Shown: positions 8,362-17,844, numbered from the stretch's first letter. The stretch: DNA of 64,000 nucleotides from Capsulimonadaceae bacterium (GCA_965215505.1 OZ244065.1:3264001-3328000); one strand, 5' to 3'. Made by a program: numbers and translations. The notes: a model not told the origin generated them from the letters alone.

Positions 8362-11016
8362 TCAGCGGCTTGGCGTGGCGGGCGGCTCTTCCAGGGCGTA
8401 GGCGGCGGCCTGCTCCGGTGTCATGGCCTGGCCCTCCGCCCAGGCGGCGGCGAAGACGGCGGGCGGGAGCGACCGGTGGGCGTCCTCGATGGCGCGGTGC
8501 AGGTTATCTAGGGCGGATGATTTCTCGTGGAAGCCGGCGGCGTCGTTCAGCCTTTTGCCCGCCCCGAGCAGCCGGGCGGCGTGTTCGGGCAGCCCCCGCC
8601 CGAGCGCGAACCGTCCCAGGATCGCCAGGCCATCACTGACCGTCTGGACGTCGCCCACCTCGGCGGCCGCCTCAAAGACCTCCCGGTAGAGTGACTGCGC
8701 CCGCGCGTAGTCCCCCGTCTCGGCGGCGATCTCCGCCTGGATGGAGTGGGAGAGCGCGGCTCCTCTTCGGTCGCCCAGGGTGCGGAAGATAAGCAGGCTC
8801 TCCTCGCAGGCGGCCTGGGCCGCCTTGAAATCCCCGCGCTCGCGCTCCAGGAACGCGATGTTGGTGAGAGTCGAGGCGACATTGCCTTCCTTTCCCAACT
8901 CCCGCCACAAGGCTTTGGCTTCTAACAGCAGCGGCTCCGCCTGCGCGAAATCCCCCATGAGCGCCGCCAATCCCCCCAGGTTGTTGAGCGAGGAGGCGAT
9001 GCCGCGCCCGTCGCCGACCACGCGCCAGATCGCCAGACTCCGCCGCTGCAACTCGCCCGCGCCTGCCATGTCCCCCACACGGCGCGTCAGGACGGCCAGC
9101 CCGCTGAGTGCCCGCGCCTGCGCGACGGTGCCGCCGTCCCCGTCCAAGCCGGACCGCTCCAGGGCGCATTCCAGGCGTCTCCGCCCTTCGCTCAGGGGGC
9201 CGCGGGTGGCCCAGAAACGCCACAAAGCCCCCGCGATACGCAGCCCGCGCGCGGCGTCCCCCTCTTGCGACTCGTCCCAATCCAGGGCGGCCCGCAGGTT
9301 GTCCTGGTCTTCCCCCAGGCGGTTCAGCCAGAGGGCCTGATCGGGGCCGGTCAGCAGCGGCTCCGCCGACTCGGCCAGGCGCAGGAAGTGGGCGGCGTGG
9401 CGGTCGGCGAGGCTGACCCGCTCGCCCTCCGCGAGCTGCGAGGCGGCGAACTCGCGCAGGGATTCGAGCAGGCGGAAGCGCATCCCGTCGTCGGCGTCCT
9501 CGGAAGTCACCAGCGAGTAGGAACGCAGCCGGCCCAGGGCGTCGAGCGCCTGCGGCTCCTCGCAGACCTCGCGCGCGGCGTCCGCCGTCCATCCGCCCCG
9601 GAACACGGACAAGCGCGCCCAGAACCGCGCAAGGTCCGGCGGCAGCAGGTCGTAGCTCCACGCGATGGCCGCGCGCAGCGTCTGGTGGCGCTCCGTCACG
9701 CCCTTGCGCCGGGACCGCAGCAAGGTGAATCGCTCGGCCAGGCGGCCCTGCATCTGGCCGGGCGTCAGCAGGGATGACCAGGCGGCGGCAAGCTCCAGGG
9801 CCAGCGGGATGCCTTCCAGGCCGCGGCAGACGTCGGCCACGGCCCCGGCGTTGCGGGCGGTGACCTGGAAGTCAGGCCGAGCCGCCCGCGCCCGGTCGGC
9901 GAAGAGCTGGATGCCGGGGAACAGCAGCAGGCTTTCGGGCGAAAGCGGGGGCCTGCCCTGGCCTTCCTGTGCCTGCGGCGTCGGCAGCGGCGACAGCGGG
10001 TATTCGTGTTCCCCCGCGACAAACAGGCGCGCGCGCGACGTGGCGAGGACCGTGAGCGACGGGACGCGCGTCAGCAGGGCGAGCAGGGGCGCGGCGGCCC
10101 CCTCCCCCATCTGTTCCAGGTTGTCCAGGACGAGCAGGGCGGGCGCGGCGCACAGGGCGGCGGCGACGCGGTCCAGCGGCTCGCCCGTGGTCGTGCGCGG
10201 CAGGCCCAGGGCGTCGGCGACGGCCTCGGGGATGAGGCGGGGGTCGGTGAGATCGGCGAGGGCCACGAAATGGACCCGGCCGTCCAGGCGGGCGGCGGCC
10301 TGACGGGCGGCTTCCAGGGCCAGGCGGGTTTTGCCGGTCCCGCCCGGCCCGGTCAGTGTCACCAGGCGGACAGACTCGCCGGCGAGCAGGGCGGCGAGGT
10401 CCGCCCGTTCCCGCTCGCGCCCGAAGAAGCGGGTGAAGGTCATCGGCAGGCGCGGCGGCGCGGCGGCGGGGTCGGGCGAGGCGATGACGGGCGGGGCGGC
10501 GGCCCCCGGCGACTCCGCCGTGTCTCCCGAGGCTTCCTCCCAGGCGGCGGTCAGCCGCTCGCGCTCCTCGATCACCCAGTCGTCATAGAGGCCCGGCAGC
10601 AGTTCGCCCCGGTACAGGCTCCGGGCGGCCACCAGGGCCTCGTGCCGCTTTTCGGGCGACCGGGCGGCGTCCCGGAGGGCGGCCTCAAAGTCGCAGACGT
10701 CGGTGGAAACGGCGGCGGGGTTGAGGCGCACCGCCCCCCGGTCGGCGATCAGCACGCCGCCCGCCGGGGTGCCGGGCGGCTCCAGCAGGCGGCGCAGGAT
10801 GGCGAGGCTCTGCTTGAGGTTGTTGCGCCCCGTTTCCTGGTCGGCCTCGGGCCACAGCAGGTCGGCCAACTCCTCGCGCGGGTGGGTGCGTTGGGGGAAC
10901 AGGGCGAGCCGGGCCAGAAGCAGGGCTGTCTTCCGGGTGCGGAAGCGCGTCACCGTCAGGTCGCCGGACTGGGCGCGCATCCAGCCGAGCATCTCGATCC
11001 GCCAGGGTGTGTTCAT
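8362..11016 (-). CDS. SARP/AfsR-type regulator (wHTH-BTAD, STAND ATPase, TPRs)
   Basis: REELADLLWPE, YRGELLPG BTAD motif, Walker A GPGGTGKTRLA, LVLDNLE, GIPLALELAAA, C-terminal TPRs; start at MNTPW. Confidence 0.92.
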   Translation of the reverse strand: MNTPWRIEMLGWMRAQSGDLTVTRFRTRKTALLLARLALFPQRTHPREELADLLWPEADQETGRNNLKQSLAILRRLLEPPGTPAGGVLIADRGAVRLNPAAVSTDVCDFEAALRDAARSPEKRHEALVAARSLYRGELLPGLYDDWVIEERERLTAAWEEASGDTAESPGAAAPPVIASPDPAAAPPRLPMTFTRFFGRERERADLAALLAGESVRLVTLTGPGGTGKTRLALEAARQAAARLDGRVHFVALADLTDPRLIPEAVADALGLPRTTTGEPLDRVAAALCAAPALLVLDNLEQMGEGAAAPLLALLTRVPSLTVLATSRARLFVAGEHEYPLSPLPTPQAQEGQGRPPLSPESLLLFPGIQLFADRARAARPDFQVTARNAGAVADVCRGLEGIPLALELAAAWSSLLTPGQMQGRLAERFTLLRSRRKGVTERHQTLRAAIAWSYDLLPPDLARFWARLSVFRGGWTADAAREVCEEPQALDALGRLRSYSLVTSEDADDGMRFRLLESLREFAASQLAEGERVSLADRHAAHFLRLAESAEPLLTGPDQALWLNRLGEDQDNLRAALDWDESQEGDAARGLRIAGALWRFWATRGPLSEGRRRLECALERSGLDGDGGTVAQARALSGLAVLTRRVGDMAGAGELQRRSLAIWRVVGDGRGIASSLNNLGGLAALMGDFAQAEPLLLEAKALWRELGKEGNVASTLTNIAFLERERGDFKAAQAACEESLLIFRTLGDRRGAALSHSIQAEIAAETGDYARAQSLYREVFEAAAEVGDVQTVSDGLAILGRFALGRGLPEHAARLLGAGKRLNDAAGFHEKSSALDNLHRAIEDAHRSLPPAVFAAAWAEGQAMTPEQAAAYALEEPPATPSR

Positions 11017-11203
11017 GGTTCTTACAACAAAGGGTGCGTGGGATGGTAAGACTTGCTCTTTCCATTGTAACACGAAAGTCAGCGTTTCTCTCTTCCACGC
11101 CCACTTTCCGGTATTGTCACCGGCATTAGCAGACGAAAAAGCCCCCGGCGCGAGGCCAGGGGCGGGATGATGCGGTCCCCGTTTTCGGCGACTTTTTCGG
11201 GCT

Positions 11204-11977
11204 TTAGTGGGCCGCCTTCTTCCGCTTGGCGGCGACCACGACGCCGCCCAGGCCGAGGGCCAGCAGCAGGCCGAACGAAACCGTCGTGGAGGCTTCGGGC
11301 ACGGGACCGGCGGCATTCGTCTTGACGACCACGTTGTCCAAGCCCCAGCTCTCGTTGCTCAGGCTCTCGTCCGGCTGGCCCGTGAAACTCAGGGCCAGGG
11401 CGCTGGAGGCGTCGTTGAACGTGAACGACAGGTGGTAGACTGCGTCCTCAGCATCAGAGCCGAACCCGTTGCCGAAGACGTAGCCCAGCGTCTTCTTTTC
11501 CGCCGCGCCGGTATAAGGGGAGTAAGTGCCCCCCGTCAGGTAGCCCCCGGTCCCGTTGGCACCGCCGAAGGACTGCGTTTCGCCGGCTTGCAGATCATAG
11601 TTCGCGAAGTTTGTGGCGAGGAGCGTGTTGCCGTTTGCCGCGAACGACCACGGATCGGGGGCGCCGCCGAATTCGCCATTGCCGTCCATGGAGTCGATCA
11701 CATAGAGGTCGAAGGTGACGTTGACCGTGCTGTGCGCGGCAAGGCCGGCCAAAGAAAGAGTCGTGGTCTGGTTGCCGAACTGCCCGAGGAACTTGTCGGC
11801 GGCATGCGCGGCCGTGCCGGGCGTGGTGTCCGTGGCACCGCTTGACCACCCGAGGCCGGCACCATTGGTGAAATTGTTGCTGTAAACGGTCGTGTTCTGG
11901 GCCGACGCAGGGTGGGGGGCGGCGAGGCTGACGAGGGCGGCGGCGAGGCCGAGGCCGGAGAGGCGTGAGAAGATCAT
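11204..11977 (-). CDS. Secreted PEP-CTERM surface protein
   Basis: Signal peptide; NESWGLDNV beta-sandwich; C-terminal VPEASTTVSFGLLLALGLGGVVVAAKRKK. Confidence 0.88.
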   Translation of the reverse strand: MIFSRLSGLGLAAALVSLAAPHPASAQNTTVYSNNFTNGAGLGWSSGATDTTPGTAAHAADKFLGQFGNQTTTLSLAGLAAHSTVNVTFDLYVIDSMDGNGEFGGAPDPWSFAANGNTLLATNFANYDLQAGETQSFGGANGTGGYLTGGTYSPYTGAAEKKTLGYVFGNGFGSDAEDAVYHLSFTFNDASSALALSFTGQPDESLSNESWGLDNVVVKTNAAGPVPEASTTVSFGLLLALGLGGVVVAAKRKKAAH

Positions 11978-12079
11978 TGTGGGCGTGCCTTTCTTAGACG
12001 CGGCGGTCGTTGGACCATCAGAATGTTGGGGACGACAAGAAAGCCCTCGGCTGTGCCCCCCAGGGAGGACGCTAGCATT

Positions 12080-12154
12080 AGGGTTGGCTTTGCCACTTTA
12101 CAAGACCGGAGCGGGGCGGCGACCAAGAACGTGCTCCGACAGGACAGCTTCCCT
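12080..12154 (-). ncRNA. c-di-GMP-II-like riboswitch variant (copy 1)
   Basis: AGGGAAGC...CGGAGC..UUGGUCGCC..GCUCCG...AGUGGCAAAGCCAACCCU; class-II layout; near-duplicate at 12760-12833. Confidence 0.6.
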
Positions 12155-12180
12155 GTGCCTGAGTTGATCAGGCAACGGCT

Positions 12181-12222
12181 ATTATACCATGCTGACGTAA
12201 ACACAGCGTAAAACGGTATTGT
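12181..12222 (-). promoter_or_regulatory. Extended -10 (TGGTATAAT) with two TTTACG direct repeats at 11-bp period
   Basis: Same arrangement and spacing at 12860-12902. Confidence 0.65.
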
Positions 12223-12310
12223 AGCAAAGGCTACAGCAGGAGAAGCGGCGGATGGTGAGACTAAAATCCGCACCGAAAAACCGGCAATTTTCTGGGGCAA
12301 GAGGACACAA

Positions 12311-12344
12311 AAGAAGGCCCAGCCGGCAATGGCTGGGCCTTTCC
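12311..12344. terminator. Intrinsic terminator after the PEP-CTERM pseudogene
   Basis: aaggcccagcc-ggcaat-ggctgggcctt hairpin with a U-rich tail on the - strand. Confidence 0.7.
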
Positions 12345-12359
12345 GAGCGGGGCGCTTAC

Positions 12360-12654
12360 TCAGACAGTGCTTTTCTTCCGCTCGGCGGCGACCACGAGAA
12401 CGCCCAAAGCCAGCAGCAGGCCGCAGGAGACGGTCGTGGAGGCCTCCGGCGCGGGTGTGGGTGTGCCGTTCAGCGGCGTGATGGTGACGCCCGGTGCCCC
12501 GCTCATCAGGGTGACAGACCCTGACGGGCTGAACCGGAGGTCGAACAAGGAAGCGTCAGCCTGCCCTGGTGCCTGCAAAGCGAGGCTGAAGTCGCTCGGA
12601 TCGGCGCCCGGCGGCGGCAGCAAGGCCGAGGCCCAGAATGCGAGGGGTGATCGT
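12360..12654 (-). pseudogene. Degraded PEP-CTERM gene
   Basis: ACG replaces ATG before ITPRILGLGLAAA (cf. MIFSRLSGLGLAAA of the neighbour); PAPEASTTVSCGLLLALG tail is in another frame; most of the body is missing. Confidence 0.7.
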
Positions 12655-12759
12655 GGCGTTAGCCTCTTTCTGCTCCACAGCAGTGCTGTCGGGAGACCGG
12701 CGGTTTCGGGCAACGAAAAAGCCCAAGACGAATGCCCTCCACAGAGGGGCAGTGTAATC

Positions 12760-12833
12760 AGGGACCGGTTTCGCCATCCAACAAGCCGGAGCGGACGGCG
12801 GCCAAGAACATGCTCCGGCAGGACTGCTTCCCT
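12760..12833 (-). ncRNA. c-di-GMP-II-like riboswitch variant (copy 2)
   Basis: AGGGAAGC...GCCGGAGC..UUGGCCGCC..GCUCCGGC...UGGCGAAACCGGUCCCU; CGCC/GGCG and UUGG/CCGG pairings. Confidence 0.65.
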
Positions 12834-12859
12834 CACGCGTGGATCATCACGCATGGGGC

Positions 12860-12902
12860 AATATACCAGGCCATCGTAAACGTATCGTAAAACGGTTTTG
12901 TA
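12860..12902 (-). promoter_or_regulatory. Extended -10 (TGGTATATT) with two TTTACG direct repeats at 11-bp period
   Basis: Paralogous to 12181-12222. Confidence 0.65.
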
Positions 12903-13000
12903 ACTGGAGCAACAACAACGGGCAAAAAAGGGGTTTTTCAGGCCGAATCAGCCCGGAGCATGAAAAACCGGTACGAATAAGGGGGGAGCCAGGGGGCGTC

Positions 13001-13029
13001 TTGACAACTGCTCCCGCTTCTGCTAGACT
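13001..13029 (+). promoter_or_regulatory. Sigma70 promoter, probably giving a leaderless mRNA
   Basis: TTGACA-17-TAGACT, ending 7 nt before ATG 13037. Confidence 0.7.
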
Positions 13030-13036
13030 TTGAGTT

Positions 13037-13672
13037 ATGGGCGATACACTCGAAACCAGCCAGCGAGACATGATGACACCTCCCCCGCCGAGCGGCGGCA
13101 TTGACTGGGACGCGCAGCCCGCGTCCCTGACGACGCGCGAGGTGGCGGCCCTTCTGGGCAAGTCGCCCGGCAATGTCCGCGCCCGCGCCTCCAAAGGCGA
13201 CTTCGGGCCGACGGCGACCGGACCAGACGGGCTGCCCCGCTACGACCGCGACCGGGTGCGGATCATCGGGGAGCGCATGGCCGCCCGTCAGGCGCAAGTG
13301 GCGGCGCTGATCGGCCCCGCCGCCCCGCCGGACCCGTCACTGGCCGTCCTGCTGGCGGCCTTGCAGGCGCAGCAGGGGGAACAGGTTGCGCTCTATAAAA
13401 TCTGGGTGGAGGAGTCGCGTGAGGCAGCCCGTTTGGCGAAAGAGGAAGCGAAGGAGTTGCGGGCCGCCCTGCGTGATCGGGAGGAAACGACCCGCGAAAC
13501 CCTGACGCACATGGACATGCTGTGTGAGCAGAGGGTCTCACAGGTGAAGGGAGTCCTGGAGCGGGAGCGCGCGTCTTGGGAGCGGGAGGTTGCGGCCAAG
13601 GACGCCGAGATCGAGCGACTGAGGGCGGCCTCGGTCCCGGAAAAGGGCCGCTCGCAACTTTGGCGCAAGTAG
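13037..13672 (+). CDS. MerR/excisionase-like HTH protein with long coiled coil
   Basis: LTTREVAALLGKSPGNVRAR HTH followed by an E/R/A-rich heptad region. Confidence 0.7.
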   Translation: MGDTLETSQRDMMTPPPPSGGIDWDAQPASLTTREVAALLGKSPGNVRARASKGDFGPTATGPDGLPRYDRDRVRIIGERMAARQAQVAALIGPAAPPDPSLAVLLAALQAQQGEQVALYKIWVEESREAARLAKEEAKELRAALRDREETTRETLTHMDMLCEQRVSQVKGVLERERASWEREVAAKDAEIERLRAASVPEKGRSQLWRK

Positions 13673-13691
13673 GAAAGGGAAAGGGCAGACT

Positions 13692-13958
13692 ATGGCAACA
13701 AGGTATAAGGTCAGCGTCGCGTTCCAGGGGACGGCCGTCGTGGAGATCATCGCGGCCTCGCCCGAGGCGGCCCGCCTGGCGACGGCGGAGCTGACGCTGG
13801 CGGACCTGGCGCGGGAGGGGCATTCGGACGTCCATTCCCTGCGGATCGCCGCCAAGGAGATCACGCCCGCCGCCACCCTCACCGGGGAGGACGAGGCGGG
13901 CGCGGACGAGAACGCGCCGCGCAAGCCGCGGCCGTCAGGGTGGTATCGGCCCGCGTGA
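13692..13958 (+). CDS. Hypothetical protein
   Basis: 88-aa ORF with purine-rich upstream region and typical GC3 bias. Confidence 0.65.
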   Translation: MATRYKVSVAFQGTAVVEIIAASPEAARLATAELTLADLAREGHSDVHSLRIAAKEITPAATLTGEDEAGADENAPRKPRPSGWYRPA

Positions 13959-14060
13959 GTGCGTGGAGGGAACAGTCCTGGCCCGTTAGTCCCCGGCAGC
14001 AGTCCCCGGCCCTGAAGGGCCGGGGGGTTCTTTCCATATCCCCCGCGTGAGAAACCCACA

Positions 14061-15125
14061 ATGCCACCCACCTTCACCCGCCGCAATCTACTCACCGCCG
14101 CGCTCACCGGCCTGGCCGGCGCCTCCCTGCCTGCCGCCCGGTCCGATGCCGACCTGTCCCCACCCCACCCGGACGATATGGCGATTAATGCCGAAACCGC
14201 CCTGCTCTTCCCGCCCCAGGCCCCGCTGACGCCTACGCCCGGCAAGCGCGATGCGCGGGCGGTCTGGGCGCGCGTGCCGACGCGCCCGGACCCGGCCGTC
14301 CTGCTGTTCCTGCACGGCTACGGCAACTACGTCACGGTGGACGACAAGGGCCGCTCCCGTGTCCCCGATTGGGCGGCAGATGACCCGGCCGCCCGCGCGG
14401 GCGCGCGGGCACGGCCCGCCGCGCCGCTGGCCTATGGCCTGGACCGGCTTGGTTTGGCACAGCCGGGGAGAAGCCCAATCGTCCTGGTGCCCGAAGACGG
14501 CGCGCTGGCGCACGGCGCGTTCTGGGCCAGGACGCCGGGCGGCCAGTATCAGGACCCTGCCCGACTCGGCGGCCTCGTCGCGGCTTCCCTCGCCCATCTA
14601 GCCCACCTGCGCCGTCCGGACGGGCCGCCGTATCTGGCCGGGCCGGACAGCGGGGATGTGGAGCGCGTTTACCTCTGCGGCCATTCGGGGGCGGGCCTGC
14701 CGCTCCAGGAGGCGGCGGGGTCGGACCTGGTCCTGCCCCGCGCGGGCGTCCCGACCGACCTGTGGCTGTTCGACTGCACCTACTGGTCGGAGGTGACGAA
14801 CTTCACCCGCTTCTGCGCCCGCTGGCACGGCGCGGGCCGTCTGGCCGCAGGGCGACGGACCGCCGCCCGGTTCGTCTGCGTCTACCGCCCGAAGACGCAA
14901 ACAGAAGCCGTCGCCGATGTCCTGCGCGGGGAGGTCGCACGGGTGCTGGGCGTCGCGCCTGATACTCTGGTTAAAGATCATGTCAAGGCCGGGGCCGGGG
15001 ACAACTACGCCGCCGAGATCCGCCCGGCGCTGCGGGCGAGCGGCGTTCTGTTCGTGCGGACGTACTTGGAACACGACGACATCCCCAACTATTTCATCCC
15101 CCGGCTGCTGGAGACGGCGGCTTAA
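14061..15125 (+). CDS. Tat-exported alpha/beta-hydrolase-like protein
   Basis: TRRNLL twin-arginine signal; LLFLHG and GHSGAG motifs; C-terminal His. Confidence 0.7.
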   Translation: MPPTFTRRNLLTAALTGLAGASLPAARSDADLSPPHPDDMAINAETALLFPPQAPLTPTPGKRDARAVWARVPTRPDPAVLLFLHGYGNYVTVDDKGRSRVPDWAADDPAARAGARARPAAPLAYGLDRLGLAQPGRSPIVLVPEDGALAHGAFWARTPGGQYQDPARLGGLVAASLAHLAHLRRPDGPPYLAGPDSGDVERVYLCGHSGAGLPLQEAAGSDLVLPRAGVPTDLWLFDCTYWSEVTNFTRFCARWHGAGRLAAGRRTAARFVCVYRPKTQTEAVADVLRGEVARVLGVAPDTLVKDHVKAGAGDNYAAEIRPALRASGVLFVRTYLEHDDIPNYFIPRLLETAA

Positions 15126-15149
15126 GAGCAATGCAGAAAGGCCGAGCGG

Positions 15150-15419
15150 ATGCGGAATGAGATCGGTGAGCCGACGGGGATGCGCGTCCGGCGCGAGTCG
15201 GGGGCGGAGGAGACTTTGGAGTTCGCCGCGTTCGTCGCCGCGATCGAGCGCGGCGACATCGGGGCGGACGAGGAGGTCTGTTCCCATATCGTGACGCGGG
15301 ATGCGTGGGTGCGCGTCGGGGAGATGCGGCTGTACCGGGAGATAATGCGCGATGGTGGCGGACCGGAGCGCGAGGCGGAAGAGGAGCGCGTGTGGCCGCC
15401 CGCGCCGCAGTGGGAGTGA
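15150..15419 (+). CDS. Small hypothetical protein ending in VWPPAP
   Basis: 89-aa ORF with host-like codon use. Confidence 0.55.
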   Translation: MRNEIGEPTGMRVRRESGAEETLEFAAFVAAIERGDIGADEEVCSHIVTRDAWVRVGEMRLYREIMRDGGGPEREAEEERVWPPAPQWE

Positions 15420-15446
15420 GAGGGATGGAAATGAGAGGGAGAAGGC

Positions 15447-15574
15447 ACCGGCCATGAATGGCCGGCCTACTCTGGAATGAAAGTCGCTCCGCGACTGAGG
15501 ACAAGCCGATTGGCGCATCTTCAACCCCGGAGGGGTGTTCACTGAACAGTAGGCCGGCCATTCATGGCCGGTGT
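15447..15574. repeat. REP doublet (REPIN/BIME-like)
   Basis: caccggccatgaatggccggcctact ... agtaggccggccattcatggccggtg terminal inverted repeats, each palindromic. Confidence 0.8.
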
Positions 15575-15576
15575 CT

Positions 15577-17844
15577 TTATTCCAGCACCACATACATCGT
15601 CTCGGCGGGCAGCTTCACCGTCAATCTTCCGCCCACGCGGATGATGGGGACAGCGCGGACAGCGTACCCGGCGGCGTCGAGCAGGGTGGCTTTGGTCAGG
15701 GCCGGGTTCGTCACCGTCAGGGTTACGTCGGCGTTGACGATCTGCCAGGGCGCGGCCCCGGTCTTGACGACCTCGTAGCCGTGCAGGGTGGCTTTGCCGT
15801 CTTCCGAGGGGAAGTCGGCTTCCTTCGCCGACCAGCCCGTGGGCCGGGCGGCCGTCCCCACCTGCACCAGAACCCGGTGCGAGCGGCGCAGCGGCAGGTC
15901 GTCCAGGGAGACGACGGCGACGGTGGCGTAGGGGTTACCCGACGTGACGGCGATGTCCGCCAGTGTCACCGTGCCGGCTTTTCTGAGGAAGCCCGTCACG
16001 CCCTGCGCTTTGGGGGCGTTCACCACGCACAGCCCCTTGCCGTAGTTCAGGCGGACCTCACCGGTCTCGCTCTTGACGGTCTTGGCCGGGGCGTCAATGA
16101 AGGGCGTCAGGTCCGTTAGCTTCGTCAAAGCCGGGTCGCCACCGTAGGTGACGCGGACGGGGCCGACCAGGAAGGCCAGGGGGTTCGCGCCCCGCACGAT
16201 GACAGATTGGCCCGCGCCGGTCCCCGCCCGGTTCGGGTCGAAACTCTTGTCTTCGGCGATGAGCGGCTGTTTACGCTCCCACAAGTCGGTCAAGGGCCGC
16301 TGCTCCTGGACGACGGGGGCACCCTGCTTCAGATAGCCTTTCCGGTACATCAGGGCGCAGGCGGGGAACTCGCCCATGATCTCGGGGACGCTGGCCGACC
16401 ACTTGATCAAGGGGTGTGAGCCGGCGATGTTCAGGAACGAGAAGCCCAGGTCGGTCCGGTACTCCGGCGCGTCGGCGCTGAACCAGTAGAAGGTGTTCAC
16501 GCCCGTCAGCGACTGGTAGGCGGCCATCAGGAACGGGCCTTCGGACTGATACCCGAGCGGCGTGACCCAGGAGCTTTCCGTGATGACCGTCGGGTGCCCC
16601 GCCACCTGCTTCAAGTTGGTCGGCAGGTCGCGCGGGTCCAGCAGGGCGGACTGATTGGAAAAGTGGTGGCCGGGGTCAATGCGCCAGCCGTTGTTGCCGC
16701 CCAGATGAACGCCGCCGTTGTAATACTTGTTTACGGCCACCACGTCGGCGGCGGTGTAGGTGTACCGCTCGACATCGTTCAGCTTCACCGGGTCCGCCGT
16801 GAACCAGTTGGACGCATTAACGAGCTGCTTGCAGCCCAAGGTTTTCTTGTAGTAGTCGGTGATGTCGGCGTAAAACCCGCGCTGGGTGTCGGCGAAGAAA
16901 TGGACTTGGTCCGCCACCCGCTTTTGCTTCGGCCCGGTTTCCTCGTGCGTCAGGTTCCAGGTCGGCAGGACGACGACCTGGCCGCTGCTCCAGTCATCCT
17001 TCGGCTCCAATGCCCCCGCCCAGGCGGCTTTTGCCGCATCTAGACTGCCGTACTGCCGGGTCAGCCAGGCGGCGAACCTCTTACCCAGCAAAGCCTGCTG
17101 CTCGGGGTGCATGGCCTGCATGGTCCAGAAGAACATGCCGTCCTCGTTCTGCACCTGGATGATGGCGACTGCCGGATCATTGGCAAGCGCGATGCCCGTG
17201 TACGGGTTGGGCCGGGCGTAGAGCGCCTTGGCCCAGGCCTTGTACCCGGCCTGGAGCTGCGGGTTGAAGAACAGCAGGCCCCAGATGTCGGTCTGGCCGG
17301 TGTAGCCGTTTATCCCCCACCCCGTCACCTTTTTGCCGTTCGCCCAGTAGGGCGAGAGGGTGGTGTAAATCCCCTCTTTTTTCAGGGCGGCCACCATGCG
17401 CCAGATGCCGTCGATCTCCTTCTCGTTGACGGCCGTGATCGGCCCGCCGTCCACGTCCGGCGCGATCTGCGTGTGCAGGCGGACCATGTTGACGCCGAGG
17501 CGGGCCAGGAACCGCGCCTGCCGCGCCATGTCTTCGGGCGAGTTCCGGTAGACGTCCGACCCGCAGGCCCAGAAGCGGACGGGTTTGCCGTCGCCCAGGA
17601 CGAACGATTGGCCGTCGACGCTGAGATGGACAAAACCGGTTTCCCCCGCCGTCTTCTCGTTCAGGGGCCGCAGGTCCAGCACCGCACCGGGCCGCGTGTT
17701 GCCGGGATAGGAAAAGGCCCAGGTGCCGAGTTCCTGCCCTTCCTGCGCGTGTGCGGGGGCGAGCGAGGCGAGGCCAAGCAGAGACGTGAGCAGGGCGAAA
17801 GCGGCAGCGGCGGTGCCGAAGGGGCGGCGTGATTTGGGTGTCAT
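15577..17844 (-). CDS. Secreted clan GH-A glycoside hydrolase-like protein
   Basis: Signal peptide from MTPKS; GKPVRFW, LGVNMVRLH, NPYTG, IQVQNE (acid/base), VITES (nucleophile). Confidence 0.75.
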   Translation of the reverse strand: MTPKSRRPFGTAAAAFALLTSLLGLASLAPAHAQEGQELGTWAFSYPGNTRPGAVLDLRPLNEKTAGETGFVHLSVDGQSFVLGDGKPVRFWACGSDVYRNSPEDMARQARFLARLGVNMVRLHTQIAPDVDGGPITAVNEKEIDGIWRMVAALKKEGIYTTLSPYWANGKKVTGWGINGYTGQTDIWGLLFFNPQLQAGYKAWAKALYARPNPYTGIALANDPAVAIIQVQNEDGMFFWTMQAMHPEQQALLGKRFAAWLTRQYGSLDAAKAAWAGALEPKDDWSSGQVVVLPTWNLTHEETGPKQKRVADQVHFFADTQRGFYADITDYYKKTLGCKQLVNASNWFTADPVKLNDVERYTYTAADVVAVNKYYNGGVHLGGNNGWRIDPGHHFSNQSALLDPRDLPTNLKQVAGHPTVITESSWVTPLGYQSEGPFLMAAYQSLTGVNTFYWFSADAPEYRTDLGFSFLNIAGSHPLIKWSASVPEIMGEFPACALMYRKGYLKQGAPVVQEQRPLTDLWERKQPLIAEDKSFDPNRAGTGAGQSVIVRGANPLAFLVGPVRVTYGGDPALTKLTDLTPFIDAPAKTVKSETGEVRLNYGKGLCVVNAPKAQGVTGFLRKAGTVTLADIAVTSGNPYATVAVVSLDDLPLRRSHRVLVQVGTAARPTGWSAKEADFPSEDGKATLHGYEVVKTGAAPWQIVNADVTLTVTNPALTKATLLDAAGYAVRAVPIIRVGGRLTVKLPAETMYVVLE

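Noticed and set aside
11017-11316. Upstream extension of the SARP regulator ORF
   Set aside because: Overlaps the PEP-CTERM gene and its terminator; family similarity begins at MNTPWRIEMLG
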